Source: the human T2T-CHM13v2.0 reference genome, Homo sapiens
Length of the DNA stretch: 64,000 bases
Direction: 5' to 3' (one strand)
NCBI RefSeq assembly: GCF_009914755.1
Contig: NC_060927.1
Position 1 is the first letter of the stretch, and each line of letters opens with the position of its first letter. A model generated the notes under the pieces. It was not told where the DNA came from and did no database searches. It saw nothing but the letters and a program-made list of their open reading frames with translations. This document shows positions 60,909-64,000 of this stretch, one piece after another. The position numbers and the translations under genes were made by a program.

Positions 60909-61987
60909 AAGGAATATTTACCTGCAGATAGAGAAAAATGTGTATTAAAGAAATAGGCTATATTTTCCTCTAGATAAAAAGATTTTTGTCTGCCACTTTA
61001 ATATTTGTTGGTTAATTCAGAACATTATTTTAATATTTCATCAGAAAATTCTTTTCACTCTAGGCATTTGGTTTTTCTATTATATCCAAGTGTATACTCA
61101 AGGCTAAAAGCTTTTACAGAAGGATTGCATCTTTAGTCTTTAAGAAACATGGTAAGATATATAATTTGCTGAAATTCACTTTATTACCAAATTTGCAAGA
61201 ATATATATCCAAAACATGAAATGAGGTATTCATGCATATGAATACACATATGAATTCATGCATATGAATACACATATGATACAGGCTCAACTTCCCAAGT
61301 CATCTTATCCAAACCTCAAGGACAAATTACCCATAGAGCGTAGAGAAATGGAAACACTGAACTGGACTAGAAGCCAGCTGGGTTCTAGCCCTGCCTTGTC
61401 ATCCACCAGCTGTGAGACCTTGAACCAGCCACCTCCTTCCCTGGGCCTCTGCAAAAAATAGTCTCAACATTTCCTCCAATTCTTAACTTGTGATCTATGG
61501 GATGAAGGATCAGGTCAGATCAGAAGAAAACTCAGCTGAGTTAAAGAATGCAAATTCAAAGTTCAATTGAGGATATTAGTACATGAGAGATCCACGACTG
61601 GACACCTGTAACTAACAAGAGATGGTAAAGCTGGGGGATTGGGGCCACTCTCAGTCCGGAGTCTGGAGCTCAGTGCTGCTATTTTATGAATTTTATGATT
61701 GTAGCTATATATAACCAATTTCTAATATCTCTTTTGCAAGGAGGAAAATATTTTTAAGCCAGAATGCCAACCTATTAACCTACCCATTGGGGATAGCTAT
61801 TTATAATGACTGAAATACTCCTCACAGCTATTTACAGTGACTGTTCTGTTATTAAGGTAACTAGAGCCCTGAACCAGTCATCAAAATGTTACCCAATGAG
61901 TACAGAATAAGTTAGATCTGAGCTGATGCTGAGCAAGGAAAGAATAGCATGCAAAACTTCTAAGGTCAGATTAAAAAGGTGTTCTTT

Positions 61988-62795
61988 ATATATGCATATA
62001 TATATAAAGTATATATATATACACTTTAAGTTCTGGGATACATGTGCAGAACGTGCAGGTTTGTTACATAGGTATACACGTGCCATGGTGGTTTGCTGCA
62101 CCCATAAACCCGTCATCTACATTAGGTATTTCTCCTAATGCTATCCCTCCCCTAGACTCCCACCCCCTGACAGGTCCCAGTGTGTGATGTTCTCCTCCCT
62201 GTGTCCATGTGTTCTCATTGTTCAACTCCTAGTTATGAGTGAGAACATGCGATGTTTGATCTTCTGTTCCTGTGATAGTTTTCTGAGAATGATGGTTTCC
62301 AGCTTCATCCATGTCCCTGCAAAGGATATGAACTCATCCTTTTTTATGGCTGCATAGTATTCCATGGTGTATATGTGCCACATTTTCTTTATCCAGTCTA
62401 TCACTGATGGGCATTTGGGTTGGTTCCAAGTCTTTGCTATTGTAAATAGTGCAGCAATAAACATACATGTGCATGTGTCTTTATAGTAGAATGATTTATA
62501 ATCCTTTGGGTATATACCCAGTAATGGGACTGCTGGGTCAAATGGTATTTCTGGTTCTAGATCCTTGAGGATTCGCCACACTGTCTTCCACAATGGTTGA
62601 ACTAATTTACACTCCCACCAACAGTGTAGTGTTTCTATTTCTCCATATCCTCTCCAGCATCTGTTTGTTCCTAACTTTTTAATGATCGCCATCTAACTGG
62701 CATGAGATGGTATCTCATTGGGGTTTTGATTTGAATTTCTCTAAAGACCAGTGATGATGAGCTTTTTTCCATATGTTTATCGGCTGCATAAATGT
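61988..62795 (-). mobile_element. 5'-truncated L1PA (L1PA7-like) 3' end; tail decayed to (TA)n
   Basis: Minus ORF 62222-62692 = ORF2 C-terminus (CWRGY..HCWWEC); flanks aaggtgttctt / aaggtggtctt. Confidence 0.93.
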
Positions 62796-63544
62796 AAAAG
62801 AAGGTGGTCTTAACCAAGGGTCTCAGACCTAGGCCTGAGTTTCAAGAGATCTGTGTCCCTGATGAAATTATATGCAAAATTGCATATGGATGTGACCATG
62901 TGCATTTTTCTAAGAAAAGTGTTCATAGCATGTATTTCCTCTCAAAGGAGTCTGTGATCTCCAAATGTTCATGAACCCCTGGGAAACACAGAATGGACTC
63001 AACACAGAAAGGGAGGATTTCAAGGCAGCTCTGAAGAGTTTGTAATCAGGAACCAGAGCTGAGTCACAGGGTGAAAATTCTCTAATAAGAGGAAGAAAGA
63101 TCAAGCAATAGCCTGATCCAGGCCAGGTGGGATGCCACAAAGGTCAGTTCCATGGATCAGCCACAGTGACTCAGGGGCCCTCAAAGGAGGCCTTACTCAC
63201 ATGTAGAACGGCAAGGCCTGCCAGCTCACCAGAGCAGGGTTCCTGTAAATCCTGCCAACCAGTAGATCTAATTCTGCAGGATTACTCACAAACAGATGGG
63301 ACTAGGTCCTATTCACCCCAACTTCAGTCTAGCTCACAACCAACCCCATCGTGTTGAGCACTGGACCTCTATTTCTCTTTCCCCACATCCATTCCATGAT
63401 ATCTCTATGGGCAGACAGGACACCATGGGAAAAGAGGATAGGTGTTGGCCCCAGGAGGCCAGCAAAAACACATGAGTGTTACGTCTCACAAGATCTTTTG
63501 TCAGAGTAGATAGTTGACACATTAGGCCAAGACAGTCGTTCAGA

Positions 63545-63720
63545 TTTAAAGTTTAATTGATTAAAACCAAACAAAGTTTAAAATGCACTTCTTCAATTAT
63601 ACTAGCCATTAGTTACAAGTAAGCAATAGCCATAAATAGTTAGTGGCTATTGTACTAGATAATAGAGCTATAGATCATTTCCATCATCACAGAAAGTTCT
63701 TCTCTATGTAATCTAGCACT
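63545..63720. mobile_element. MER3/MER33-like hAT-Charlie fragment
   Basis: 'tagtggctattgtactagataatag..catttccatcatcacagaaagttct'. Confidence 0.6.
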
Positions 63721-64000
63721 TAAGCCTATGACACAAACAATAATTACAATACAGAGAAAGGAAGAGTCTAAAGTGAACAGAAATTGCTCTAAATAGCTTC
63801 TGAAGGAACTAATATTCAAGTTGAATTTCCGGGAATGAGATGGAAGCCTGGGAAGGAGAATTTCATTCAGAGTCCGTAAGAGAAACAAAAGTGATAATAA
63901 GGAGAAGAAAATGGGCCCAGGCCTGGATGGAGCCTGGTACATGTTCATGATGAACATATATTACAGGGATGGAAGGATGAGTGAATGGTAGGAAATGAGA

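Noticed and set aside
60795-61279. Direct repeats as a CRISPR-like array
   Set aside because: Only two adjacent copies each, no spacers, eukaryotic context

Overview
This is primate (most likely human or great ape) non-coding DNA: it carries AluY/S/J SINEs and L1PA2/PA3-type LINEs, and much of it is interspersed repeat. I found no host protein-coding exon, RNA gene or prokaryotic-type system. The only genuine protein-coding remnants belong to retroelements. Main contents: (1) the 3' 3.9 kb of a frameshifted L1PA3-like element, apparently nested in an Alu that is itself nested in an L1MA. (2) An ancient, structurally complete but internally deleted class III provirus (LTR40/HERVL40-like) at 7096-12264 on the minus strand, with both LTRs, a 5-bp TSD, a tRNA-Ser-like PBS, an ERVL-type RT YIDD, a gamma-type env TM remnant and a PPT. 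(3) A twin-primed (5'-inverted) L1PB containing a second twin-primed L1PA2 whose inversion is only 13 nt. (4) A full-length ancient L1MB-like element (48535-57059) with a recognisable TSD and many nested insertions. (5) Several short templated-insertion or fold-back repair scars, and a 34-nt retrocopy-like insert. (6) Repeat-free, motif-dense blocks that may be enhancers. Subfamily names come from recalled consensus sequences, not a database search. Nothing here can be claimed as a new biological system; the best leads are listed as findings.
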